Source of the DNA: Methanobacteriota archaeon
GTDB lineage: Archaea > Thermoplasmatota > E2 > DHVEG-1
Assembly (NCBI GenBank): GCA_963769885.1
Contig: CAVYNH010000004.1
Location: 328,431-392,430, forward strand
Direction: 5' to 3'
DNA length: 64,000 bases
Each line of letters begins with the position of its first letter. Within the stretch, counting starts at the first letter, position 1. The notes below the pieces were generated by a model, which saw only the letters and a list, made by a program, of their open reading frames with translations, was not told where the DNA came from and did not search any database. Below are positions 40,790 through 50,623 of the stretch, piece after piece. A program made the position numbers and the translations under genes.

Positions 40790-41809
40790 TTAGATGAGCC
40801 GTGGAACGTTGAAGAAGATCCTCCCTGGCGTGACGACGGTTTTGGCGTAGTCCGCTCTGATGGTGACGGTGATGCGGCCGAGGCCGTAGAATGGTCTGCC
40901 GGTGCAGAAGGTGAAGGATTCGCCGGGTGTGAGGCGGGGGATGCTGCCGGCGGAGCCGGCGTTGATGTTGTGGAAGATGCCGCCTTTGACGTCGATGTGC
41001 CAGTGGAGGGATTCGATGGTGGTGTTGCCGATGTTGGTGAGGCTGGCGATGATCTTTCCTTGGGCTGCTTTGATGTCGATGATCTTGATGCCGGTGAGGT
41101 TCATGGTGACGGGGATGTCGAGGCTGCCGGCGTTGCTGGTGAGGGTGATGGTGGTCTCGTAGGCGGTGGGGGTGAGGCCGTTTGTGATAGCGGTGACGTT
41201 GATGAGGTCTGGTTCGCCGATGGAGGAGCCGTTGGTGGGGGTAACCTGGAGCCAGGGGGCGTTTTCTTCGAGGGTGTAGGTGAGGGTGCCGATGCCGAGG
41301 TTTTGGATGGTGAGGAAGGCGGTGGCGTTGGCGCCGTTGGGGACGAAGCCGTAGTCGATGGCGGTGGGGGTGCAGGAGAGGGTGGTCTGTGTGTAGAGGA
41401 CGATGGTGAAGTTGGCCCAGAAGATGCCGTTGCCGCCGTCGGAGGTGATGTTAATGGCGCAGGGGTAGTGGCCAAGGGGTAGGGTTGCGGTGTCGATGGT
41501 GACGGTGATGTTGTCGTGTTCGCCGTCCGAGGTGCCGCTGAGGGGGTAGACGGTGACGTAGGAGTAGTTTTCTGAGAGGCTGTACGTGAGGGTGCAGCAG
41601 CCGCCGCCTTTCCAAATCTGGAAGGTGGTGTTGAGGATGGGTCCGGCGAGGAGGTTGCCGAAGTCGTGGAAGATGGGGTCGTAGACGAGGGCCCCCCGTG
41701 TGGTTGGCGGTTGTGGTTGGCTCGTGGTTTTGGCCATGCCGATGGCGCTGACGGCAGCGATGAGACAGAGCAAGCCTATGGTGCAGGTCTTTATCTTCAG
41801 GTGGGTCAT
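40790..41809 (-). CDS. Secreted Ig-like/BACON-repeat protein
   Basis: Signal peptide; two repeats LTY.L.EN..W/Y..V.P..G.S.GE.D.I.V; C-terminal beta domain. Confidence 0.75.
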   Translation of the reverse strand: MTHLKIKTCTIGLLCLIAAVSAIGMAKTTSQPQPPTTRGALVYDPIFHDFGNLLAGPILNTTFQIWKGGGCCTLTYSLSENYSYVTVYPLSGTSDGEHDNITVTIDTATLPLGHYPCAINITSDGGNGIFWANFTIVLYTQTTLSCTPTAIDYGFVPNGANATAFLTIQNLGIGTLTYTLEENAPWLQVTPTNGSSIGEPDLINVTAITNGLTPTAYETTITLTSNAGSLDIPVTMNLTGIKIIDIKAAQGKIIASLTNIGNTTIESLHWHIDVKGGIFHNINAGSAGSIPRLTPGESFTFCTGRPFYGLGRITVTIRADYAKTVVTPGRIFFNVPRLI

Positions 41810-41825
41810 CGTTTTTCCTCTCCCT

Positions 41826-43706
41826 TTAACGGTGGAAACATCCTCCTTGTTCTTTATTAAATTTTCCGTGAAAACCGGGGGTGTCAGGGGAGAAGAGGGG
41901 GCGGGGGTCGATGTTCCAGCGTAGGGAGGCGGGCTGGCCTGGTGGGGTGTATTTGCCTTGGATGAGGGCGAGGAGGTGGGGGCGGCCCCAGTAGTTGCGG
42001 GTCCAGGTGTTGTGGCAGGCGTCCGAGGTGGGGCCGAGGAAGTAGGCGTTGAGCTTGTAGTTGTCCAAGTTGTTGTGGGTGACGGTGACGGCGGTGGCGT
42101 TGTAGAGGCGGATGCCATACTGGTTGTCCTGGAGGGTGTTGTGGGTGATGGTGACGGTGTGGGTGTTGTGCAGGCTGATGCCGTGGAGGTTCTCCTGCAG
42201 GAGGGTGTCGGTGATGGTGACGTTTGAGGTGGTGAGGGTGAGGATGCCGTAGTGGCCGTTTTGGATGGTGAAGGAGGTGATGGTGCAGTCGGGGTGGGTG
42301 ACGGTGATGCCGTCGTCGTAGCCGGCGCCGTCGATGATCGTGGTCGTTTGGCTTGCGCCTTGGAGGGTGAGGGCCTTGGGCAGGGTGACGCCGCCGGGGT
42401 AGGTTCCGGGGTAGACGTAGATGGTGTCGCCGTCGGAGGCGTTCTCGACGGCGGCGGGGATGGTGGTGTAGTTGCCGGGGCCGCTGCCGCCGACGTACAG
42501 GGTCTTGGGGGTGACGGCGAGGGTGGTTCCAGTGAGGTTCACGGGTGGGACGGCGGCCGGGGTTTTGTCCCAGGTGAGGACGGGGAGGTTGTGGCCGTTG
42601 CGTTTGAGCCGGCCGGGGATGAGGTAGGGGCGGCTGCGGGGTTTTGACCAGTAGTTGTCAGAGAAGTGGGTAGTGCGTTGGAGAAGGGTGGCGGTGATGG
42701 TGTAGGCGTCGTTTTTGAGGTTTTGGAAGGTATTGTTATAGATCTGGGTGTGGTTTGTGTATTCGAGGAGGAGGCCGTCGTCGTTTCCCTGCAGGAGGTT
42801 GAGCGTGATGTTCGTGTGGGTGGATTGTGAGAGGTAGAGGCCGGTGCTGTCGGCGTTGGTGATGGTGTTGTGTTGTATTTGTGTTCCGGTGCAGTCGTAG
42901 ATCCAGGTGTTCATCCAGCGGGCGTTGGTGATGCGGTTGTTGGTGATGAGGAGGTTGGTGCAGAGGATGGCGATGAGGTTGGTGCTGCTGCCGTGGATGA
43001 TGTTGCTGCCGATGGAGGAAGCGTTGAGGTGGTCGACTTGGATGCCGTTCCATTTGCAGGCGAGGGTGTTGTTGTGGATGTTGATGGTGTCGTCGTAGGA
43101 GCAGTAGATGCCGGTGTCGTCGTTGATGAACTGGCTGTCTCTGATTTCGTTGTCTGTGGTATTGAGGATGGTGACGCCTGTTTTGCAGTCTTGGAGGGTG
43201 TTTCCTTTGAAGAAGTTGTGGTCGGCGCCGTTGGCGGCGAGGATGCCGATGGAGGCGTTGGCGATGATGAGGCCGGAAAGCCAGACGACGTGGGCGGGGT
43301 CGACGGTCAGTGAGATGCCGGCGTCCATCGCGGCGAGTCCGCTGTTGCGGATGGTGAAATTGGTGATTTGGACGGCGAGCGTGAGGATGGTGACGACGGT
43401 GCCGGTGTAGTTCCCGTCGATGACCGTGGTCGTGTTCGATTCCCCCTTGAGGGTGATGCCCCAGGTCTGCATGGTGAGGTGCTCGTAGTAGGGCGAGGAG
43501 TCGGCAAAGACGTACACGCTGTCCCCTGTTTGTGCGGCATCGAGGGCGCCTTGGATGGTGGTGTAGTTGCCGGGGCCGCTGCCGCCGACGTACAGGGTCG
43601 TGCTGCGGGGGATTCCGCTCGCGTTTCCTGGCAGAGTAAAGGGTAGCGTACTGACCAGGATGACGAGCACGAAAAAACTTTTGCCGGTTGTCTTCGGGGA
43701 CGCCAT
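41826..43706 (-). CDS. Secreted tandem beta-helix (NosD) protein
   Basis: Two LYVGGSGPGNYTTI modules with PbH1 repeats. Confidence 0.85.
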   Translation of the reverse strand: MASPKTTGKSFFVLVILVSTLPFTLPGNASGIPRSTTLYVGGSGPGNYTTIQGALDAAQTGDSVYVFADSSPYYEHLTMQTWGITLKGESNTTTVIDGNYTGTVVTILTLAVQITNFTIRNSGLAAMDAGISLTVDPAHVVWLSGLIIANASIGILAANGADHNFFKGNTLQDCKTGVTILNTTDNEIRDSQFINDDTGIYCSYDDTINIHNNTLACKWNGIQVDHLNASSIGSNIIHGSSTNLIAILCTNLLITNNRITNARWMNTWIYDCTGTQIQHNTITNADSTGLYLSQSTHTNITLNLLQGNDDGLLLEYTNHTQIYNNTFQNLKNDAYTITATLLQRTTHFSDNYWSKPRSRPYLIPGRLKRNGHNLPVLTWDKTPAAVPPVNLTGTTLAVTPKTLYVGGSGPGNYTTIPAAVENASDGDTIYVYPGTYPGGVTLPKALTLQGASQTTTIIDGAGYDDGITVTHPDCTITSFTIQNGHYGILTLTTSNVTITDTLLQENLHGISLHNTHTVTITHNTLQDNQYGIRLYNATAVTVTHNNLDNYKLNAYFLGPTSDACHNTWTRNYWGRPHLLALIQGKYTPPGQPASLRWNIDPRPLFSPDTPGFHGKFNKEQGGCFHR

Positions 43707-43825
43707 ACCAACCCTTACGAAGAGTAAAACTCCAACTGATTATATATAAATATTTGTTTTAGGATTAATATAAAGGCTTGGGCGAGGGAAAAGGTAAGAA
43801 ACGGGGATTGGTTCCTTGCTAGTAC

Positions 43826-44521
43826 GTGCATGAGGCTTCCCCCAGTATCTCAATCATCGTACCGGTATTGCATGAAGAGAAGGCTATCAACTCCTTCTTG
43901 ACCGAGCTTCGGAAGCTTCAAGGCTTTGAATCCTGCGAGATCATCGTTGTTGACGACAGCTCAAGGCATGAGACTATTGATGTGATCTCGGACACCACTA
44001 TCCAAAAACTCGTGACACATGCTGGTCGAGGTCATCAGATGAACGTCGGCGCCAGTCATGCCCGGGGGGACATCCTCCTCTTTCTCCATGCAGATACCCG
44101 CCTGCCGAGAGAAGCGTTCTCGCTCATCCGAGAATCTCTGCGAGACTTAAGTATCTCTGGTGGAGCGTTCCGTCTCGCTATCGATAGCCCGGACCCGCGC
44201 CTGCGTCTCATCGCCCGCCTGACCACGCTCCGCTCGCGGATCACGAAGATTCCCTTCGGCGACCAAGCCATATTCATCCGCAAAATCGTCTTCGACGCGC
44301 TTGGTGGCTATCGCGAGATCCCGGTGATGGAGGACCTTGACCTCATGCGTCGCCTGCGATTTGCTCGGTATCTAGTGGCTATCTTGCCCCTGGCGGTTTT
44401 CACGTCCTCGCGGCGATGGGAACGTGAGGGAATCGTCCTGGGCACGCTTCGAAATTGGGTTCTCCGCGGCTTGTATTATCTCGGCGTCCCGCCCTTCGTG
44501 CTTGTCGCATGGTATCGATAA
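43826..44521 (+). CDS. GT2 glycosyltransferase, TIGR04283-like
   Basis: GRGHQMNVGA, LFLHADT, FGDQAIF, MEDLDL, TSSRRW. Confidence 0.88.
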   Translation: MHEASPSISIIVPVLHEEKAINSFLTELRKLQGFESCEIIVVDDSSRHETIDVISDTTIQKLVTHAGRGHQMNVGASHARGDILLFLHADTRLPREAFSLIRESLRDLSISGGAFRLAIDSPDPRLRLIARLTTLRSRITKIPFGDQAIFIRKIVFDALGGYREIPVMEDLDLMRRLRFARYLVAILPLAVFTSSRRWEREGIVLGTLRNWVLRGLYYLGVPPFVLVAWYR

Positions 44522-44539
44522 AAAATTATTCTCGTGTTT

Positions 44540-45442
44540 TTACCAGGCGTCTCGCGGATTCCGGGGAATGATGACCCATAGGACCACGTAGCCAAGGATG
44601 AACACGCCGAAAGAAAGGACCGCCCCCAGGACAAAGAGAACGCGGACGATGACCGGGTCGATATGGAGATACTCCGCGATGCCGCCGCAGACGCCGCCTA
44701 GAATCCGCTCTTTCCCTGAACGGTACAGCCGATCCGACGGGACCCATCCTTCAGCCCTGGGTGGTGCCGGCTGGAACGGATGCTCTGGCGGCTGCGGGGT
44801 ACGCGGCGGTGCCGGTGGTGACGGTGGCTCGTGCCACAGCTGAGAAATGAGGAGCCCGACGTACCCAAGAATCAGGATAAGCAACGTCAACGGTATTACC
44901 AGGAGCACGAACTGATCGGCGATCATCGCAAACGTCGAGTTCGACTGCCCTCTCGCAAGCGTCACCAGGAACCGGCTGACGAGCCAGAACAGGATGAAGA
45001 AGATCCCCGCGCCGACAAGAGGGGAAACCCACCGGAAGGGCGGGAATTTCCGTGCGAGGTACGAGCTGTAGCCGCTGATGATCATCAGGCCGAAGAAGAG
45101 CGCGAGGTTCTCCCGAAGGAAAGCCGCGACCTGGGCATCGACTGGCGTCATCGGCGCCAGCGCATCTAGCAGCACAATCACCACAAAGAGGACAATGAAG
45201 CCGATGATGCTGCCGATCAACGGGCCGAAAATGCCGAACGTCCGGTCGTAGCGCGACTCCGCGGCCGTCCGCCGCTCGCGGAACGCATGGTCGATGCGTC
45301 TGCCGAGATGGTCGATCTCCCGGCTCACCTGATCGAGGTTACGTTCGAGACGAGACGTCGTAGACGGTAGGGCTGCCCCACATTTACTGCAGAACAAGGC
45401 ATCCGGCGGACTTTCGGTACCGCACTGCGAACAATAGACCAT
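44540..45442 (-). CDS. Zinc-ribbon + TM + PspC domain protein
   Basis: CSQCG..FCSKCG; C-terminal LYRSGKERILGGVCGGIAEY. Confidence 0.85.
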   Translation of the reverse strand: MVYCSQCGTESPPDALFCSKCGAALPSTTSRLERNLDQVSREIDHLGRRIDHAFRERRTAAESRYDRTFGIFGPLIGSIIGFIVLFVVIVLLDALAPMTPVDAQVAAFLRENLALFFGLMIISGYSSYLARKFPPFRWVSPLVGAGIFFILFWLVSRFLVTLARGQSNSTFAMIADQFVLLVIPLTLLILILGYVGLLISQLWHEPPSPPAPPRTPQPPEHPFQPAPPRAEGWVPSDRLYRSGKERILGGVCGGIAEYLHIDPVIVRVLFVLGAVLSFGVFILGYVVLWVIIPRNPRDAW

Positions 45443-45534
45443 TGCTTCTTAGTGGCACGAATCAGGGAGCCGTCATAAAAAGCCTTTGATATGACCAAGC
45501 TTTAAGTAAACCCCAGAGGTTCTCTCACCGTACC

Positions 45535-46518
45535 ATGGGACCCACGCCACCGCCATCCCAGCCCAACGACTTCCACCAAGTCACCACCCAGCTCCTCACC
45601 ACCCCCCTCACCTGCACCAGCCTCGACACCCTCCAACTCAACCTCGGACGCCGCTGCAACCAATCCTGCACTCACTGCCACCACCAGGCCTCACCAGACC
45701 GCACCGAAACCATGCCACTACAAGTCATCCACCGCATCCTTCGCTTCCTCCCCACCACCCCAGTAAAAGCCGTAGACATCACCGGCGGCGCCCCGGAACT
45801 CCACCCCCACCTCCGCACCCTTATCACCCACCTCACCGAACGAGGCTACCCCGTCACCCTCCGCACCAACCTCACCGCCCTCACCCTCCCCACCTCAACA
45901 GGACTGCCCGAATTCCTCAAAGACCACCACGTCACCCTCATCGCCTCTCTCCCCTGCTACCTCCAAGAAAACGTCGACGCCCAACGCGGCCCCGGCGCCT
46001 ACCACAAAAGCATCGACATGCTCACCGTCCTCAACCGCCTCGGCTACGGCATCGACCCCCAACTCCCCCTCGGCCTCGTCCACAACCCCACCATCCACAC
46101 CCTCCCCACACCACAAGACCAACTCGAAACCGACTACCGCCGAGAACTCCAAGCCCGCCACGGCATCCAGTTCACCAGCCTCCTCACCATCACCAACATG
46201 CCCATCGGCCGGTTCCTCAACAACCTCCAAGCCCACCACCACAACCACCACTACCACCATCTCCTCCGCTCTAGCTTCAACCCCCAGACCCTCCCCGGCC
46301 TCATGTGCCAACACCAACTCTGCGTCCGCTGGGACGGCCGCCTCTACGACTGCGACTTCAACCTCGCCCAAGACCTCCCCATCACCAGCCCCAACATAAC
46401 CATCGACACCGCCACCCTCCACGACCTCATCCCCAGGCCCGTCACCACCGCGGACCACTGCTTCGGCTGCACCGCCGGCCGCGGCTCATCCTGCCAAGGA
46501 GCACTCGTCACCCCATGA
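45535..46518 (+). CDS. arsS: ArsS-like radical SAM protein (DUF3641; arsenosugar biosynthesis family)
   Basis: LQLNLGRRCNQSCTHCH, DITGGAPELHP, ASLPCY, LYDCDFN, HCFGCTAGRGSSCQGAL. Confidence 0.85.
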   Translation: MGPTPPPSQPNDFHQVTTQLLTTPLTCTSLDTLQLNLGRRCNQSCTHCHHQASPDRTETMPLQVIHRILRFLPTTPVKAVDITGGAPELHPHLRTLITHLTERGYPVTLRTNLTALTLPTSTGLPEFLKDHHVTLIASLPCYLQENVDAQRGPGAYHKSIDMLTVLNRLGYGIDPQLPLGLVHNPTIHTLPTPQDQLETDYRRELQARHGIQFTSLLTITNMPIGRFLNNLQAHHHNHHYHHLLRSSFNPQTLPGLMCQHQLCVRWDGRLYDCDFNLAQDLPITSPNITIDTATLHDLIPRPVTTADHCFGCTAGRGSSCQGALVTP

Positions 46519-47216
46519 CCAACCCACCACACGACGACAAGAAGACACGACTCTGGTGGCGCCCCACCAGCCTCCTCCTCGCCGTCATCACCATCTTCAT
46601 CGTCGCCACGATCCTGGGCCTCGACCGCTACCTCCAAGGCATCCAACCCTGGATCACCAACCTGGGTCCATGGGGCGTCATCGCCTTCTTCTTCATCTAC
46701 CTCGCCGCCGTCATCCTCGCCGTCCCCGCCACCCCCCTCGGCCTGCTCGCCGGCGCCCTCTTCGGATCACTGCAGGGCGTCATCCTCATCAGCATCAGCA
46801 GCACCATCGGCGCAGCCCTCACCTTCCTCATCGCCCGCTACTTCGCACGCGACTCCATCACCCAATGGCTCGCCACCAACAACCGCTACCGCCGCCTCGA
46901 CAACCTCACCAAAAAACACGGCATGATCATGGTCGCCATCGCCAGACTCGTCCCCTTCTTCCCCTTCAACATCATCAACTACGCCTTCGGCCTCACCGCC
47001 GTCAAATTCCGCACCTACCTCTTCTGGAGCTGGCTGTGCATGCTCCCCGGCACCATCCTCTTCGTCGTCGGCGCCGACGCCATCAAACAAGGCCTCACCA
47101 CCGGACACATCCCCCTCACCCTCATCCTCATCATCACCCTCGCTGCCATCGCCACCATCCTCCTCGCCCTCCTCGCCAACCGCTACCTCAAACACCGCAC
47201 CCCACCACGAGACTAA
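46515..47216 (+). CDS. TVP38/TMEM64 (DedA/VTT) membrane protein
   Basis: LAGALFG, FLIARY, RLVPFFPFNIINYAFGLT. Confidence 0.9.
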   Translation: MTNPPHDDKKTRLWWRPTSLLLAVITIFIVATILGLDRYLQGIQPWITNLGPWGVIAFFFIYLAAVILAVPATPLGLLAGALFGSLQGVILISISSTIGAALTFLIARYFARDSITQWLATNNRYRRLDNLTKKHGMIMVAIARLVPFFPFNIINYAFGLTAVKFRTYLFWSWLCMLPGTILFVVGADAIKQGLTTGHIPLTLILIITLAAIATILLALLANRYLKHRTPPRD

Positions 47217-47221
47217 CCACC

Positions 47222-48046
47222 ATGACTCGATCCCTCGCCGCCCGCCGCTACCTCCTCATCCGCGGACCACAACAGACACAACGACGCCTCATCCAAGCCA
47301 CCTACACCGCCCTCAAACGCCGCCAGCACCCAGACCTCGCCCCTCTCATGGAATACCCCCTAAAGACCCAAGCTTCCCTCCTCTTCTACCCCGGCTGCTC
47401 CATCTACTCCCCCACCACCACCCGCAACACCCTACGAATCCTTGACCACCTCGACATCCCGTACCAGACCCTCGGCGGCCTCACCTACTGCTGCGGCCTC
47501 CCCCACCGCCTCCAAGGACAAACCAAAAAAGCAGACGCCTGCACCACCAGACTCACAACAGCAATCAACACAGTCAACCCCCAGACCATCATCACCAGCT
47601 GCCTCGAATGCCTCGAAGCACTTCAACACATCAAAACCCAGACCAACGCCCCCTACGAAATCCTCCACACCCTCGAACTCATCCACCAACACCAAGCCAA
47701 ATTCCCCCACACCCACACAGACACGCCGCTCCTCCTCCACGAACCCTGCCGCCTCACCCCCCGCCTCAGAACCACCATCATCGACCTCGCCGCCAGCCTC
47801 GGCCAACACCCCATCCTCCTCCCCCCCACCACCCAAAGCTGCTGCAAACGATGGACCCACAACCCCCGCACCATCGCCACCCACCACCACGCCTACCTCA
47901 CCACCGCAGCCGCCCACCACGCCACCATCATCTGCCCCTGCCTCACCTGCCTCGAAGCCTTCAAAAAAACACACCCCACAGCCCCCCTCACCGACCTCAT
48001 CGACCTCTATGCCACAAGCCTTCCCGCCAAGGAGGCCACACCATGA
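47222..48046 (+). CDS. CCG-domain Fe-S protein (HdrB/GlpC-like)
   Basis: FYPGC, YCCGLP, ITSCLEC, HEPC, SCC, CPCLTC. Confidence 0.7.
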   Translation: MTRSLAARRYLLIRGPQQTQRRLIQATYTALKRRQHPDLAPLMEYPLKTQASLLFYPGCSIYSPTTTRNTLRILDHLDIPYQTLGGLTYCCGLPHRLQGQTKKADACTTRLTTAINTVNPQTIITSCLECLEALQHIKTQTNAPYEILHTLELIHQHQAKFPHTHTDTPLLLHEPCRLTPRLRTTIIDLAASLGQHPILLPPTTQSCCKRWTHNPRTIATHHHAYLTTAAAHHATIICPCLTCLEAFKKTHPTAPLTDLIDLYATSLPAKEATP

Positions 48047-48714
48047 GTGAAACCCGCATCCTCCTCTACGTTAAGTACCCGGACCCAGGCCACGTCAAAC
48101 AACGCCTCATCCCCCTATTGACCCCCCAAGCCGCCGCCGACCTCTACCGCTGCTTCGTCGCCGACACCCTCGCCACCCTCCACCGCCTCCCCCACCCATT
48201 CACCATCTGCTACAACCCCACACACTCGCAACATGACTATGAAGCCTGGCTCGGACCCCATGACTATCAGCCCCAAGACGGCCCCGACCTCGGCGCCCGC
48301 ATGCACCACAGCTTCACCCACGCCTTCACCACAGGTACCGACAAGGCTGTACTCATCGGCAGTGACACCCCCGACCTCCCACCAAAACTCATCCAACAAG
48401 CCGTTGACTGCCTCAACACCCACGACATCGTCCTCGGCCCCGCCCTCGACGGCGGCTACTACCTTATCGCCTGCAAACAAGACCGCTACCTCTCCGACCT
48501 CTTCACCAACATCCCCTGGAGCACCCCCACCGTCCTCCAAACAACACTCGACACTATCCACCGCAACCACCACACCGTCTTCCAGATTCCAACCTGGCAA
48601 GACATTGATACCCCAAAAGACCTCAACCGCCTCATCCAGCGCAACCAACAAACAGCCTTTAAATCCTCACAAACGTTCACTTACCTTACGAACCTGGAAC
48701 AACAACTCCTATGA
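48043..48714 (+). CDS. TIGR04282-like (DUF2064/CofC-fold) transferase
   Basis: KYPDPGHVKQRL, QDGPDLGARM, IGSDTPDL, GPALDGGYYLI, DIDTPKDL. Confidence 0.88.
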   Translation: MSETRILLYVKYPDPGHVKQRLIPLLTPQAAADLYRCFVADTLATLHRLPHPFTICYNPTHSQHDYEAWLGPHDYQPQDGPDLGARMHHSFTHAFTTGTDKAVLIGSDTPDLPPKLIQQAVDCLNTHDIVLGPALDGGYYLIACKQDRYLSDLFTNIPWSTPTVLQTTLDTIHRNHHTVFQIPTWQDIDTPKDLNRLIQRNQQTAFKSSQTFTYLTNLEQQLL

Positions 48715-49175
48715 AAAAACCCCCCACCGACCCCGACATCACCCTCACCCGCCCCCACTTCCTCCTCTACACCGGATTCCTCACCCTGGCCGCCGTCTCC
48801 CTCTACCTCGCCTTCGTCGAAGCCGAACTCGCCTACCTCGGCTATATCTGGAAATACTCCACCCACTACGTCTACCAGATAGGCGTCTACACCGCCGCCC
48901 TCTTCATCGCCGCCGTCTTCCTCATCCAAAGCTGCCTCCTCCTCGCCCGCCACCGACCTTACGCGACCATCCCCGGGCTCTTCGGCTGCCTCATCCTCGT
49001 CGTCTTCCCCGCCTACCTCCTCGCCATCAACCCGGAGCATACCGTCCCCGTCTTCGTCCTCATCGCCCCCGCCCTCCTCCTACTCCTGCTCAGCATCCTA
49101 ATCTGGAAAAAACCGCCCTTAAAGACGCCGCCACCACCAGAGCATCCCAAGAAACACAACACCGGCGAACAGTAA
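48711..49175 (+). CDS. 4-TM membrane protein
   Basis: Four hydrophobic helices; ATGA-type coupling to the upstream gene. Confidence 0.65.
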   Translation: MKKPPTDPDITLTRPHFLLYTGFLTLAAVSLYLAFVEAELAYLGYIWKYSTHYVYQIGVYTAALFIAAVFLIQSCLLLARHRPYATIPGLFGCLILVVFPAYLLAINPEHTVPVFVLIAPALLLLLLSILIWKKPPLKTPPPPEHPKKHNTGEQ

Positions 49176-49988
49176 GCCGACGGCAACGAACGGGTTCAAT
49201 TCTTCTTCGATACTTTGCGTATTTCCGGAAAAAACATTGTCTACCAGACTCACATGAAACAGCGGAGGCGGCACGTGAACTCCGATGTTGTTGCCTTCGA
49301 ATCGATTACCGGTGACGGTAATGTCCGAGGAATCCCGGATATTGATGCCGCAGAAGCCGTTGCGGGCGAAGGTGTTATTCAAGATGCGGTTCCCGTTTGA
49401 CGCCTCATACAGCCCACAGCCGTTGAACGGGTTGTCGGCAAAGGTGTTGCCGCGGATAAGATTGTTTGAGGAATGAGGGAAATAAATCCCGCATCTATGG
49501 TTCGCATAGATATGGTCTGCCTCGAAGACGGCCCCGGATGTCGACCAGCCGAGGATCGCTCCGTAAAAATCATCGGTCAGTGTAACGTCAATGATATGAG
49601 TATGATTTGCCTGGACCATGATGCCGGCTCGAGGGAACATCAGCTGGCTTCCCACGACAGTTAGATTACGGATGATGACGTCATCTGCTGCTACGGTGAC
49701 AACGTTGCCTTGCCTGCTACCGTTAATGATTGTGGAGTTTTGGCCGCTGCCCCACAACTCCAGGGGCTTGTCAATGACGATGGTCTCATGGTATTCCCCT
49801 GGATGAATAACGATACGGCTACCGAGTGTGGCATTGGCGATGGCCTCGGTGATGGTGGTGTAGTTCCCGGCTCCTGAACCCCCGACTTGAAGGATGGTCG
49901 GATCGCTGGCATGGACGGTGGTACTTAGGCTCATGCCGAGGAGAAGGAACAGTCCGATGCCGGTCAGGAGGACGATGTGCCTTGTCAT
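49119..49988 (-). CDS. Membrane-anchored beta-helix (NosD) protein
   Basis: Signal peptide, VGGSGAGNYTTI, PbH1 repeats, C-terminal TM. Confidence 0.8.
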   Translation of the reverse strand: MTRHIVLLTGIGLFLLLGMSLSTTVHASDPTILQVGGSGAGNYTTITEAIANATLGSRIVIHPGEYHETIVIDKPLELWGSGQNSTIINGSRQGNVVTVAADDVIIRNLTVVGSQLMFPRAGIMVQANHTHIIDVTLTDDFYGAILGWSTSGAVFEADHIYANHRCGIYFPHSSNNLIRGNTFADNPFNGCGLYEASNGNRILNNTFARNGFCGINIRDSSDITVTGNRFEGNNIGVHVPPPLFHVSLVDNVFSGNTQSIEEELNPFVAVGLLFAGVVFLGMLWWWRRL

Positions 49989-50102
49989 GCTGGCTGTCTG
50001 GGGTTATCGAATGAACGGACATATAGTTTACCCCGGGCGTGTGCCGCAACCTTTTTCACACGGGAGCCGTTTCCAGGGAGAAAACATTGGGAGTGATTTG
50101 AG

Positions 50103-50438
50103 ATGAAGACAATCATTATCCTACATAGCGAGGTCCTCGGTCGTGGTGATGACAAACTTGGCACGATGATGATGGGCAGTTTCTTGCGGAAGCTGTGGGC
50201 GCACTCGAAGAAGCCTGATGCGATCATCTTCTATAATACGGCGGTGAAGCTGTTGTTGAAGGGCTCGCCGGTGTTGGATGCGCTGACGGGTCTGGCGGAC
50301 GGCGGCGTGGATTTGATTGCGTGTAGTACTTGCATCAACTTTTTTAATGTCAAGGAGGAGATGCGTATAGGGCGCATCGGGGAGATGCCCGAGTTGGTCT
50401 CGCTCCTGCTTGGTTCAGAAAAGGTTATAACCCCTTGA
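50103..50438 (+). CDS. DsrE-family protein resembling the C-terminal domain of YedF-type selenium/sulfur proteins
   Basis: LGRGDDKLG..MMGSFL, FYNTAVKL, LIACSTCINFF. Confidence 0.75.
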   Translation: MKTIIILHSEVLGRGDDKLGTMMMGSFLRKLWAHSKKPDAIIFYNTAVKLLLKGSPVLDALTGLADGGVDLIACSTCINFFNVKEEMRIGRIGEMPELVSLLLGSEKVITP

Positions 50439-50503
50439 CCTTCCTTGTATATGGTACAGTAAACTACTTGAATCATAACCGTATTGGTGGCCGACGGGGT
50501 CAC

Positions 50504-50575
50504 GCGGATATGATCTAGTGGTTATGATATCGGCTTCCCAAGCCGGTCACACGGGTTCGAATCCCGTTATCCGCA
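50504..50575 (+). tRNA. tRNA-Gly(CCC)
   Basis: GCGGATA/TATCCGC acceptor, TCGGC-TTCCCAA-GCCGG anticodon arm, GGTTCGAATCC. Confidence 0.96.
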
Positions 50576-50623
50576 TGAGAAGATCTGCGGGGGAGAAATC
50601 AACTACATTGAAGGTGGTGAAGA

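Noticed and set aside
17-49315. Many long antisense or alternate-frame ORFs (e.g. 17-1018, 1293-2414, 6243-7451, 32207-33295, 35026-35964, 48233-49315)
   Set aside because: They are shadows of recognisable genes. High GC and strong skew remove stop codons, and the translations are low-complexity (V/G/D/E or P/T/S/H).
50504-50575. tRNA-Gly as the integration site of the 52-64 kb element
   Set aside because: It is separated from the element by the DUF4314 gene and fen, and no repeat of its 3' end was seen.
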